Shown: in pieces, positions 10,120 to 18,541 of the stretch
Layout: every line of letters begins with the position of its first letter
Numbering within the stretch: position 1 is the first letter of the stretch
From: Candidatus Parabeggiatoa sp. nov. 1
Lineage (GTDB): Bacteria; Pseudomonadota; Gammaproteobacteria; Beggiatoales; Beggiatoaceae
Reading direction: 5' to 3'
DNA length: 45,324 nucleotides
NCBI GenBank assembly: GCA_003646175.1
Contig: QNER01000001.1
Coordinates: 1 to 45,324 of the forward strand
Program-made: the position numbers and the translations under genes
The notes under the pieces: model-generated
Told to the model about the DNA's origin: nothing
Seen by the model: only the letters and a program-made list of their open reading frames with translations
Database searches by the model: none

Positions 10120-11220
10120 CTAACAAACGTTAACAATAGCACTCATAAGAGTGGGTGAATCTACCAATGATCTAATGAAGATCCCTCTCGCTCCATTTAG
10201 ATCGCGATCAAGTGTAATACCACCTGATCTAATAACTCTTGATCCGCCTACGTTCTTAACTTCACCAGTCCAACTAACAGTTTTGCTGGTATAAGCTTCA
10301 CAAACATCAATCACTTTTTTACCAAACTCAAGAGCTTTGTTCTTCAGCCTGACTTTGAACTGATAATGTGCCCATGTCAGCATAGCTCTAACTGTTTTTG
10401 AACGAAGCTTGCGATGAGACTTGCCAACCAGAAGGCTGGTTTCAAACGTAGGTAACAAAATGACATCAAAGTTATCAACTAAAAAACGTGCTGTTTTGAA
10501 GTGAATTTCTTTGACGAGGTTCTTAATTTTCGCTCGAATTCTGCCTTGGGCCTTCTTCATTTCTCGCTTTGCTTTGCCTGTCGCTTTAGTTGTGCGAGAA
10601 ATTAAATCATCTAAATAAAAACAAAGACGTTGAATACGCCCAAAATCATCATAACCAATGTGTCCAGCTAGATTTTCAGAATAAAAAGATTGGAATGTCC
10701 GTACACCCGGATCGAGAGCAACCACACGCCCTTGGTTCTCGGCTACGTGGGTTATTATTTTATGGGGTACGGACAAAAACCATTCATTATATTGATAAAT
10801 CAAACGACTATCTAATGGTAATTCTGGCAAAGATTCGCCGTAACGTAGTTCTTTTCCAGAAACACGCGGGTAAATTCCAGTATCTTTAACCGCAGATTTA
10901 GGAATATAACAAGATTGCGTTGGTGCTTTACGGCTTCTAAAGCTTGGGTGTCCTTTAGCCTTCCAAAAGGCTTGATGTGATTCTTTAACAGCAATCGCTT
11001 TTACTTGAAAAGGTACGTCATCACACCATTTGGGCAATTGTTTCAGTAAGTCTTTCTTAATGTCCATCCAAGAAGGTGAAAAATTCACACAAGAACGAAT
11101 ATAATCAATGGTTTGATTAAAAACATATCGACTACAATCATGCCACTTCTTGAATGTCTTTTTTTGCTTCTGGCTCGGATAAAGCTTGACGGACTTGGCT
11201 TTTATAATTTCGGAGTCCAT
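10120..11220 (-). CDS. tnpB: TnpB RNA-guided nuclease, Fanzor-ancestral type (core; long form extends across the intron to 14249)
   Basis: KLYPS..Q N-terminal motif, RuvC-I ALDPG, ILLPTF in place of the usual ED, alternative E in EAYTSK, RuvC-III DRDLNGARGI; start position uncertain. Confidence 0.9.
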   Translation of the reverse strand: MDSEIIKAKSVKLYPSQKQKKTFKKWHDCSRYVFNQTIDYIRSCVNFSPSWMDIKKDLLKQLPKWCDDVPFQVKAIAVKESHQAFWKAKGHPSFRSRKAPTQSCYIPKSAVKDTGIYPRVSGKELRYGESLPELPLDSRLIYQYNEWFLSVPHKIITHVAENQGRVVALDPGVRTFQSFYSENLAGHIGYDDFGRIQRLCFYLDDLISRTTKATGKAKREMKKAQGRIRAKIKNLVKEIHFKTARFLVDNFDVILLPTFETSLLVGKSHRKLRSKTVRAMLTWAHYQFKVRLKNKALEFGKKVIDVCEAYTSKTVSWTGEVKNVGGSRVIRSGGITLDRDLNGARGIFIRSLVDSPTLMSAIVNVC

Positions 11221-11437
11221 GCATTCGACATGAGAAGACGTGAAGAATGCTGAGTAAGTCAGTTGTGAGTTCTTGTTCTGGGGATAAATGAGTTTGCTTG
11301 AGAACCACGATTTTTCCACCGTTTTGTTCGATAATCCATTCGATAAGTTCAAATCCGAATCTTGCCAGGCGATCTTTATGGGCAACCACAATTTCGAGTT
11401 TATCATCTCGCATTGCTCGTTCCAGTATGGATTTAAG
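11138..11437 (-). CDS. tnpA: IS607 TnpA exon 2 (C-terminal half of the serine recombinase)
   Basis: LKSILERAMRDDKLEIVVAHKDRLARFGFELI...ELTTDLLSILHVFSCRMHGLR; joins exon 1 in frame. Confidence 0.9.
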   Translation of the reverse strand, partial: LKSILERAMRDDKLEIVVAHKDRLARFGFELIEWIIEQNGGKIVVLKQTHLSPEQELTTDLLSILHVFSCRMHGLRNYKSQVRQALSEPEAKKDIQEVA

Positions 11438-14016
11438 GTTAAACTAAGCCGACTATGTCGCCATAGCCAGCTCGTCTTCAAAACCGTACGTGAGATTTTC
11501 ACCTCATACGGCTCCTCTAACGATAGCTTGTCTAAGCCATCGGGGTTATGCATCCCATTATTTTTACTTGCGTAAAACAACATCACAGATTTTTCCTATT
11601 ATGCCTTTCTTTTTTGGTTTTCTCTGTGTTGCTCTGTGCATCCAGAGCATGTAGCTGGTCATGGCAATGTTTGTGAATCAAAGCACGATTGTTATAGCAG
11701 TCCTTGCCTCCTCTGGCTTTTGCCACTATGTGATGACTTTCTATTAAATCCTCTGCCTTGAAGGTCATTTGACATATTGGACATTTACCATTTTGTTTCT
11801 TCAAAAGCTTAGCTTTACTGGAGAGTATGTTCCCATACCCCTTTGCCAGTCGTTTTGTCCAGTACACCGTATCTCCATCGTAGTACGATTTGCCTTCCTT
11901 GACTTTTGTAAAACTCCCGACTTGACATCCCGTCATATGATGTTTGTGTAGACTTTGGTTTTCACTCTCAAACGTCCATTTGCTTTTGGCTGTGGTTTTG
12001 AAATATTTCTCCACTTGCCATTTAGTGCTTTTCTTCGGATGTTTTTTCCTAATCCACTTTTCAAGCTTCATCCAAATGTAATCATCCACTTTGCTAAATG
12101 CTTCGCTTGCCCTGACGTGTCGGTAGTAGTTTGCCCATCCTCTAATGACTGGGTTCAATCGTTTAATCAGGTCGTCTTGAGATGCGGCTTTATGCGATTT
12201 AAATATTTCATTAATGGCTTCTATATGTTTCTTTATGGACTTATCCGACGGTTTGATTTGTATTTTGTACTCTTTGTATTTTCCTTCTTTAATCAATTGA
12301 CGCTTATAGTGCCCTTTGGATGTGTTTTTTTCCCATTTGATGTTGAAACCAACAAAATCAAATCCCTCGCCGGTGTTTACTATTTTGGTCTTCTCAGGGG
12401 CTAATTCTAACCCTCTAGTTGCTAACCATTTTTCTATAAAATTTTGGGATTCCGTGATGACTTCATTAGATTCATGTATAACCACAAAGTCATCAGCATA
12501 ACGTACGACTTTGACTTTGTTAGCCTTGGTTTTATTCCAAGTCTTGGCGATATGGGTTTTTAAGTCTATTTCCATCCCATCTAGCGCAATATTTGCCAGC
12601 AGAGGAGATATAATTCCTCCCTGTGGTGTCCCTTTTTCCGTCCGGTGTAGATGTCCATCATCGACATATCCAGCTTTCAACCATTCTCTTATCTGGGGTT
12701 TTCCCGTTTCATCGATTAAGTTTAATAAAACTTCATGGTCTAGGTTGTCGAAAAATCCTTTTATGTCTGCGTCCAGAACCCATTTTGGTTTACTGTATGT
12801 TGTCTTGAATATCGAGTCTATCGCATCATGACAACTCATAGCGGGTCTGAAACCAAAACTACATGATTCAAATTTTGCTTCATAATGTGGTTCTATTGCC
12901 GACTTCACAACCTGCTGTATAACTCGGTCTGTTTGCGTTGGGATGCCAAGTGGCCTGAGTTTGCCATTGGCCTTTGGAATGTATTTCCTTTTGGCCGGTT
13001 TTGCTTGGTAGTTTTTCCATCCTTTATGCGCCCAGACCATGAGATTTTTCGCCATTTTTTCTCGCGCTTTAGGAGTCAGAGCTTTAAAGTTATCAATGCC
13101 CGCTGACCGTTTACCCTGGTTGTCCTGAGTAACCCGTCGTACCCCTAGTAGCACCGCACAACTTGACCTGAGTAGGAGCTTTGTCAGGCTTTTTGCTTTT
13201 TTGAAATTACCAGCTTTTGTTGCTTTGTAAATACGCTTTTGAAGGTTGAACAGTCGCTTTTCAATTTTACCCCAGATTAGTTTGCTCCAATCCCAGTCTG
13301 GCAACCTGTAGTCTCCATGTTCTGGAATTGGTAAAGGTAGGACATTAGCTCCCGCCTTTGCATTCCAATCCGCGATAAATTTATCTGGTGCTGTATTCAT
13401 GTTGTTTATCGTTAAGATAATCTACTCAATTTGTTTCCAAATACCTTATACTTACGTTGTTTACAAAAATAGTTTAGTGAGTTAATCAGCATATCTCTTT
13501 CATTACAAAAGAGCCTTTGCTTCCCACTCAATCCTACCCAGCGGTGGTGCTATCTATTGGTTGTAGACCTCTGGCTATCCCGCCAGTACCTTGGTGCCGT
13601 TGGTTTTCCTCGTTTCCAAACTATGTCTATGACCTATTTAGGTGTGGTACCCTACCCCAGAGAGCTTTGTGGTACGGTCGGGTTGGAACAAAGGGATTTC
13701 CAGCCCCTCTCTCTGTGTGTCCTTTAAGCTATGAGGCTTATACCATTTCTAATCGTCACCATATAAGTTAAGCTTGCCTGACTCCTTGTATGGCTTTTTA
13801 TCCTTGCACTGGCCAGATGAATTACCATCTTCATCCAGTCGGATAACGCTTTCTCCCCAACCGACATGGGAGGGGGCGGTGTCTGATAGACTGTCAGTTG
13901 CCCCACCATAATTTGAATTTTATGACTCTTGTGAGTACATATTACCGCTTATTGTTGGAGAACAATCACAATGAAGTAATTGATTTATCTAACATTTCGC
14001 AGTTAACGAGTCGCAC
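11438..14016 (-). mobile_element. Group IIB intron (chloroplast-like class), 2579 nt
   Basis: 5' GTGCG at 14016; domain V GAGCCGTATGAGGTGAAAATCTCACGTACGGTT (~11514-11482); DVI hairpin ending AAC at 11438; EBS1 loop CCCTTT complementary to exon end AAAGGG. Confidence 0.95.
11583..13400 (-). CDS. ltrA: Group II intron reverse transcriptase/maturase with HNH endonuclease
   Basis: 605 aa; LQKRIYKA, RPLGIP, GFRP, GTPQGGIISPLLANI, YADD, domain X (NPVIRGWANYY), CPIC...HHI...HCHDQLH. Confidence 0.97.
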   Translation of the reverse strand: MNTAPDKFIADWNAKAGANVLPLPIPEHGDYRLPDWDWSKLIWGKIEKRLFNLQKRIYKATKAGNFKKAKSLTKLLLRSSCAVLLGVRRVTQDNQGKRSAGIDNFKALTPKAREKMAKNLMVWAHKGWKNYQAKPAKRKYIPKANGKLRPLGIPTQTDRVIQQVVKSAIEPHYEAKFESCSFGFRPAMSCHDAIDSIFKTTYSKPKWVLDADIKGFFDNLDHEVLLNLIDETGKPQIREWLKAGYVDDGHLHRTEKGTPQGGIISPLLANIALDGMEIDLKTHIAKTWNKTKANKVKVVRYADDFVVIHESNEVITESQNFIEKWLATRGLELAPEKTKIVNTGEGFDFVGFNIKWEKNTSKGHYKRQLIKEGKYKEYKIQIKPSDKSIKKHIEAINEIFKSHKAASQDDLIKRLNPVIRGWANYYRHVRASEAFSKVDDYIWMKLEKWIRKKHPKKSTKWQVEKYFKTTAKSKWTFESENQSLHKHHMTGCQVGSFTKVKEGKSYYDGDTVYWTKRLAKGYGNILSSKAKLLKKQNGKCPICQMTFKAEDLIESHHIVAKARGGKDCYNNRALIHKHCHDQLHALDAQSNTEKTKKERHNRKNL

Positions 14017-14316
14017 CCCTTTACGCTTATAGTTGAGGGAACGAACGATGTCTTTGACAACTTCGGCACTGGGATATTTTGATTGCATAAATTCGACTTG
14101 TCTTCCAAGGTCATCTCGCTGTTTTGGACTGGAGACACGACAATAACAGATGGTAACTTCTTTTTTTTGCAAACCAAGATAGGCTTCAACATTGTATCGT
14201 CTCTGCCCTGACTCGGTTTTAAAAGACTCAATTGTTCCATTATTTGCATAACGCCTTAGTGTATTTGGATGTATGCTCAATATTTTACATGCTTCTCTAC
14301 TTGGTAAATATTTCAT
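14017..14316 (-). CDS. tnpA: IS607 TnpA exon 1 (MerR-like HTH and catalytic YCRVSS)
   Basis: MKYLPSREACKILSIHPNTLRRYA...GQRRY, YCRVSSPKQRDDL..Q, SLNYKRKG up to the intron boundary. Confidence 0.9.
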
Positions 14317-14515
14317 AGTAAGCATAGTAAACTATTAGTTAATATTTGTCAACAAATAGTTGACTATGTGTCAACCCTTGATATTGATACTGAATGTCAT
14401 CACTGTTTTTGTCCATGTCTGTCTCAGTAGCTATTTAGATTTGGATTAATCGTGATGACCATATTCTCAAATACAAAAGTCTCTTCCAAATTTCAATGAC
14501 AAAATCTATGAGAAA

Positions 14516-15365
14516 TATTCCTATCTGGTTGCCAAAATTAAACCCTCTTGTGTCCCACCATAGATATTTCATTGTAAAAACTAAAAAAGATAGGCGGTGA
14601 GGTGACTCAAGATTATTTTCTTCTCTTTAATATTAACTATATTCTAATATTCTAAGATTGTATTTAATTATTAGACGAATGGTCATTTTGAACTGACAAA
14701 CGGTAAAAATGAGACAAGTAGTTATTTTTATCGGATAAACGGTAAACGAAAATGGAGTATTCCTATCCTGTTGCCAAAATTAAACCCTCTTGTGTCCCAC
14801 CATAGATATTTCATTGTAAAAATCTAAATAAATATAGGGCGGTGAGGTGGCTCAAGATTATTTTCCTCTCTTTAATATTAGAGTTTATACCGATTTAACG
14901 TAACTCATTGATTTATTTGATATTGTCATTTTGATAAATTAATTTAATAAAATCAAGCACTTAAATTAAATCGGTATAATCTCTATTAACTATATTCTAA
15001 TATTACAATATTGTATTTAATTATTAAGATAGGTGGTGAGGTGGCTCAAGATTATTTTCCTCTCTTTAATATTAACTATATTCTAATATTACAATATTGT
15101 ATTTAATTATTAGACGAATGGTCATTTTGAATTGACAAACGGTGAAATTAAACCCTCTTGTCCCACCATAGATATTTCAATTTCATTGTAAAAATATAAA
15201 TATAGGGCGGTGAGGTGGCTCAAGATTATTTTCCTCTCTTTAATATTAACTATATTCTAATATTCTAAGATTGTATCTAATTATTAGACGAATGGTTATT
15301 TTGAATTGACAAACGATGAAAATGAGACAAATGGTGATTTTTATCGGATAAACGGTAAACGAAAA
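14516..15365. repeat. Degenerate tandem array of a ~242-bp non-coding unit (4 full or partial copies)
   Basis: Core GGTGAGGTGGCTCAAGATTATTTTCCTCTCTTTAATATTA at ~14595, 14841, 15035, 15209; TATTCCTATC recurs at 14516 and 14758. Confidence 0.85.
14881..14983. mobile_element. 103-bp MITE inserted in the second repeat unit
   Basis: TIR GAGTTTATACCGATTTAA / TTAAATCGGTATAATCTC; TATTA duplicated; other repeat units show the empty site; relatives near 23605-23740 and 25247. Confidence 0.85.
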
Positions 15366-15444
15366 AAAATGACTGAGACTTTCGTTTTATAATCCACTTA
15401 AACAATGCGGGTATGTTGAATAGCCGTATCTTGAATGGGTAGTC

Positions 15445-15576
15445 CTAGGAGGCTGTCCGAGAATAGCAATACCAGCATTTTAATAACAATTAATTCATTA
15501 TTAATCAATAAGTTAAAAATTAATAAGTTAAAAAATTGCGTTTTGCAAAAAAATGAGTTATCGGACAGCCTCCTAG
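15445..15576. mobile_element. CTAG-bounded MITE
   Basis: Perfect inverted ends CTAGGAGGCTGTCCGA...TCGGACAGCCTCCTAG around an AT-rich core. Confidence 0.8.
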
Positions 15577-15836
15577 GAACTTGCACCCTTTCAGCACCTG
15601 GGGCGTTGCCCCAGGCTATCAGTAATTCGCCCCGTTGGGGCTGAGTAGTTACAAAATATCATTGTAATAACCAGTGCTATTGTTTTAGTGATACATACGC
15701 CACAAAAAAAGCGATAGCATCACCGCTTGAACACTTTTTTGTCCTGTACATAGGGAAAAATGACCCGCCATGAAAATTAACACTCCACCCAAGGAGGCCT
15801 CGGTAGAGCCGAACCCCTTGGAGCGTTCCCCTTTAG

Positions 15837-16088
15837 TTAGTGTAATTGAGAGCGGCGAATAAACTCCCGCAATGCCAATGCGAGTGGATCGCGTTTTAAT
15901 TGAAGGGATTTTTCTAACGCTTCTACTGCATCACCCAAATGATCGGCACCTAATAACATAAGTGATTGATAACACCAACGTTCAGCTTGACGTTCAATGT
16001 TGAGTGGTATTGCCAGATCAGTGCTACAACGGGGGCAGATAGGTATGTCTTGTTTGAGACGCGCTTTGCAAACGGGACAGCGTTCCAT
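15837..16088 (-). CDS. Small zinc-ribbon protein with a TPR-like helix pair
   Basis: CPVC-x10-CPRC followed by TPR-like AVEALEKSLQL; start overlaps the Hsp70 stop. Confidence 0.75.
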   Translation of the reverse strand: MERCPVCKARLKQDIPICPRCSTDLAIPLNIERQAERWCYQSLMLLGADHLGDAVEALEKSLQLKRDPLALALREFIRRSQLH

Positions 16089-17848
16089 CACGACTCCAAG
16101 TAGTAAAGAATGTCAGAAAGTTGATCCATTGGTTCTTTCAATGCAGCGTAATCTTCTTTGGTGATAGCATCGTTGATAACTTCAATGGTATTGACCATGT
16201 CTTCCCTATCTTCGGGGGAAGCATCATCTAACATGCGCTCGGCCTTTTCTACCAGCGCACGGGCTTGGATAACAGCATGGTGACTGTCAGCCTCCGTTTT
16301 ATGCTCAATAATCTCAGCACGGTCGCCCTCTTCACCAAAGATTTCTCGAATGCGTTCTTTAGCAGCTTCCATTTCCGCATCTTCAAATCGTGAGAAGGCG
16401 TTGTCGATGACGATAGATTTTTGCAACCCCGTCTTTTTTTCCACCGCAGACACATGCAATATGCCGTTTAAATCAAGTTCCAAAGCAAGTAAAATCGGAT
16501 TGCCCGATGATGCTTGACTTAAGCCTTCCACCATAAATTCACCAATTGGAATATTGTTCAAAGCATCAGGTTCTTCTCCCTGAAACATCCGCACTTCCAC
16601 AGCGTCTTGATTGTCCATAACGGTGTAGAACACTTCCGTCTTAGTCAGGGGAAGCGAACTATTTTTATGGATGATGGGCACGTACTTATAAGGGTACATC
16701 TCTCCGTTGAGTTCACCGATGGCACTGGTGCCGTAGGTATAGGGGGTAATATCAACTAATACGGCTGAGGCTGAGACATCATGCCCGCCAATCATCGCGC
16801 CCTGAATAGCAGCCCCGGTGGCAACGCATAAGTCGGGGTCTACCTCGCTACGTGGTTGTTTACGAAATTCTTCTTTTAGGCGTTGGCTGATGAGCGGTGT
16901 GCGAGTACTTCCCCCTACCAGTAGAGTTTCATCAATATCAGAAGCGGTGAGATTGGCACCGTTGAGGGCAATGTGTACTGCTTCTAAAGTTTCGTCGATA
17001 TAGTCTGCAATCATGCCCTCATAGTCATGACGAGCTAATTCCAAAGACAGGTGAATCGGGGCACCCTCTTTTTCTGCTAGGTATTCCTCTTCAATCGTCA
17101 CAAAAGGTTGATCAGACAATGTCCGTTTTGCAGCCTCGGCGGCCCGATTGATACGCGCCATGGCCTTACGTGATGGTTGAATATCTATCTCAGATTTTTC
17201 TTGGAGATGTTTGACAATGTGATCGATGATTTTTTGGTCAAAGTCATCACCGCCCAGTTTGTTATTACCGTGACTGGCGATCACCTCCACCACATCATCT
17301 TCAATGCTAACCACCGACACATCAAAAGTACCGCCCCCCAAGTCGTACACCAAAATGCGTTTACGCGCTTTCTGTTCGGCCTCATAAGACAGGGCCGCCG
17401 CGGTAGGTTCATTAATCATCCTGACGACTGAAAGCCCAGCGATTTCACCGGCTTCGCGGGTGGCTTGACGTTGTGCGTCGGAAAAATAGGCGGGAACGGT
17501 GATGACCGCTTTGTGTACCGGCTGACCTAAATAGGCCTCAGCAATACCCTTAAGGTGCTTAAGGATAATGGCGGAAATTTCTTGGGGGGTGTAGGCTTGC
17601 CCGGCCATTTCCACCTTGGTTTCTTCCCCCATCTGGCGTTTGATGGACTTGACAGTGCGTTCTGGGTATAGCACATATTGGTTTTTGGCAGGTTCCCCCA
17701 CCAAAACATCATTATTTTCACCAATTCCCACAAAAGAAGGAATGATTTTACTGCCTGTATCTTCAATGACAGTAACGAAGCCATTTTCTACGATAGCAAT
17801 TTCTGAGTTTGTGGTGCCCAAGTCGATACCGACAATGATTTCATTCAT
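16088..17848 (-). CDS. Specialised Hsp70 (DnaK/HscC-like paralogue)
   Basis: 586 aa; GIDLGTTNS, TVPAYF, INEPTAAA, YDLGGGTFD, LVGGSTR; substrate-binding domain present. Confidence 0.95.
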   Translation of the reverse strand: MNEIIVGIDLGTTNSEIAIVENGFVTVIEDTGSKIIPSFVGIGENNDVLVGEPAKNQYVLYPERTVKSIKRQMGEETKVEMAGQAYTPQEISAIILKHLKGIAEAYLGQPVHKAVITVPAYFSDAQRQATREAGEIAGLSVVRMINEPTAAALSYEAEQKARKRILVYDLGGGTFDVSVVSIEDDVVEVIASHGNNKLGGDDFDQKIIDHIVKHLQEKSEIDIQPSRKAMARINRAAEAAKRTLSDQPFVTIEEEYLAEKEGAPIHLSLELARHDYEGMIADYIDETLEAVHIALNGANLTASDIDETLLVGGSTRTPLISQRLKEEFRKQPRSEVDPDLCVATGAAIQGAMIGGHDVSASAVLVDITPYTYGTSAIGELNGEMYPYKYVPIIHKNSSLPLTKTEVFYTVMDNQDAVEVRMFQGEEPDALNNIPIGEFMVEGLSQASSGNPILLALELDLNGILHVSAVEKKTGLQKSIVIDNAFSRFEDAEMEAAKERIREIFGEEGDRAEIIEHKTEADSHHAVIQARALVEKAERMLDDASPEDREDMVNTIEVINDAITKEDYAALKEPMDQLSDILYYLES

Positions 17849-18290
17849 TATGTTGCTTGACCTTTAGCTTTAGTTTTTCAGTTTTCAAGAGTTCAGAAAT
17901 TGAGGATTTCAAAAGTAGAAAAGCGTTTCACTTGATGTTCAAGTTTTTATTCAATACCTTTCACTGATAACTCAATTCCTTTAGCGAAAATTTCTTAATG
18001 ACGTTAAGTCACAAAAAAACGCCAATTTTTTCAATACATTCGTTTACATAAGGCGAATAGCGAATAGATCATAAATGAAAGAGTCATTTAAAAACAATGA
18101 GTTAATGTTAAAAATTGGCTGTTCCAAATTTCCTTGTCACGCATTGTCAATTAAAACGTGATATTTTTTACCTATGTACAGGACAAAAATTATAACATAT
18201 TGATTTTAAATTGATTTTGTGATGCTATCGCTTTTTGTGGCGTATGTCTCACTTTTGCGAAATTAAGAAGCCATAACCGCCTGCGCTATC

Positions 18291-18420
18291 GTTTGAGTGA
18301 GACTATTGCCACAAACTTTTTCACGAGGGTTTGAGTGATACTATTACCACAAACTTTTTCACGAGGGTTTGAGTGATACTATTACCACAAACTTTTTCAC
18401 GAGGGTTTGAGTGATACTAT
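18291..18420. repeat. 38-bp tandem repeat, ~3.4 copies
   Basis: GTTTGAGTGATACTATTACCACAAACTTTTTCACGAGG repeated with no spacers. Confidence 0.9.
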
Positions 18421-18541
18421 CGCCAAAAAAGCGATAGCATCACGGCTTGAACACTTTTTTGTCCTGTACATAGATTTTTTACATAAACATTTTTGCAATA
18501 TCATAGCCATTCGCCATTCGCTTTCATTAGCGAAGGTATTA

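Larger units (their letters stand above)
10106..14376 (-). mobile_element. IS607-family element (tnpA + tnpB) containing a group II intron
   Basis: Serine-recombinase tnpA overlapping tnpB; GG at both inferred ends; subterminal repeats (left TAGTCAAC, TTGTTGAC, TATTAAC; right TTGTTAAC, TTGTTAGC). Right end could instead be ~10070. Confidence 0.8.

Noticed and set aside
11583-13400. RT as a retron, DGR or defence RT
   Set aside because: Domain X, HNH, GUGCG start, DV/DVI and an EBS1-IBS1 match identify a group II intron.
11138-14325. tnpA as two pseudogene fragments
   Set aside because: The pieces are exons that join in frame after intron removal.
10106-14376. Classical IStron
   Set aside because: IStrons are group I introns spanning the whole IS; here a group II intron lies inside tnpA and the IS sits in intergenic DNA.
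14516-15365. Repeat array as a CRISPR-like guide array for TnpB or a DGR/retron template for the RT
   Set aside because: No variable spacers or adenine-specific variation; it lies outside the left end; the RT is a typical intron-encoded protein within a full ribozyme.
18291-18420. 38-bp repeats as a CRISPR array
   Set aside because: Units are contiguous with no unique spacers, and there are no cas genes.
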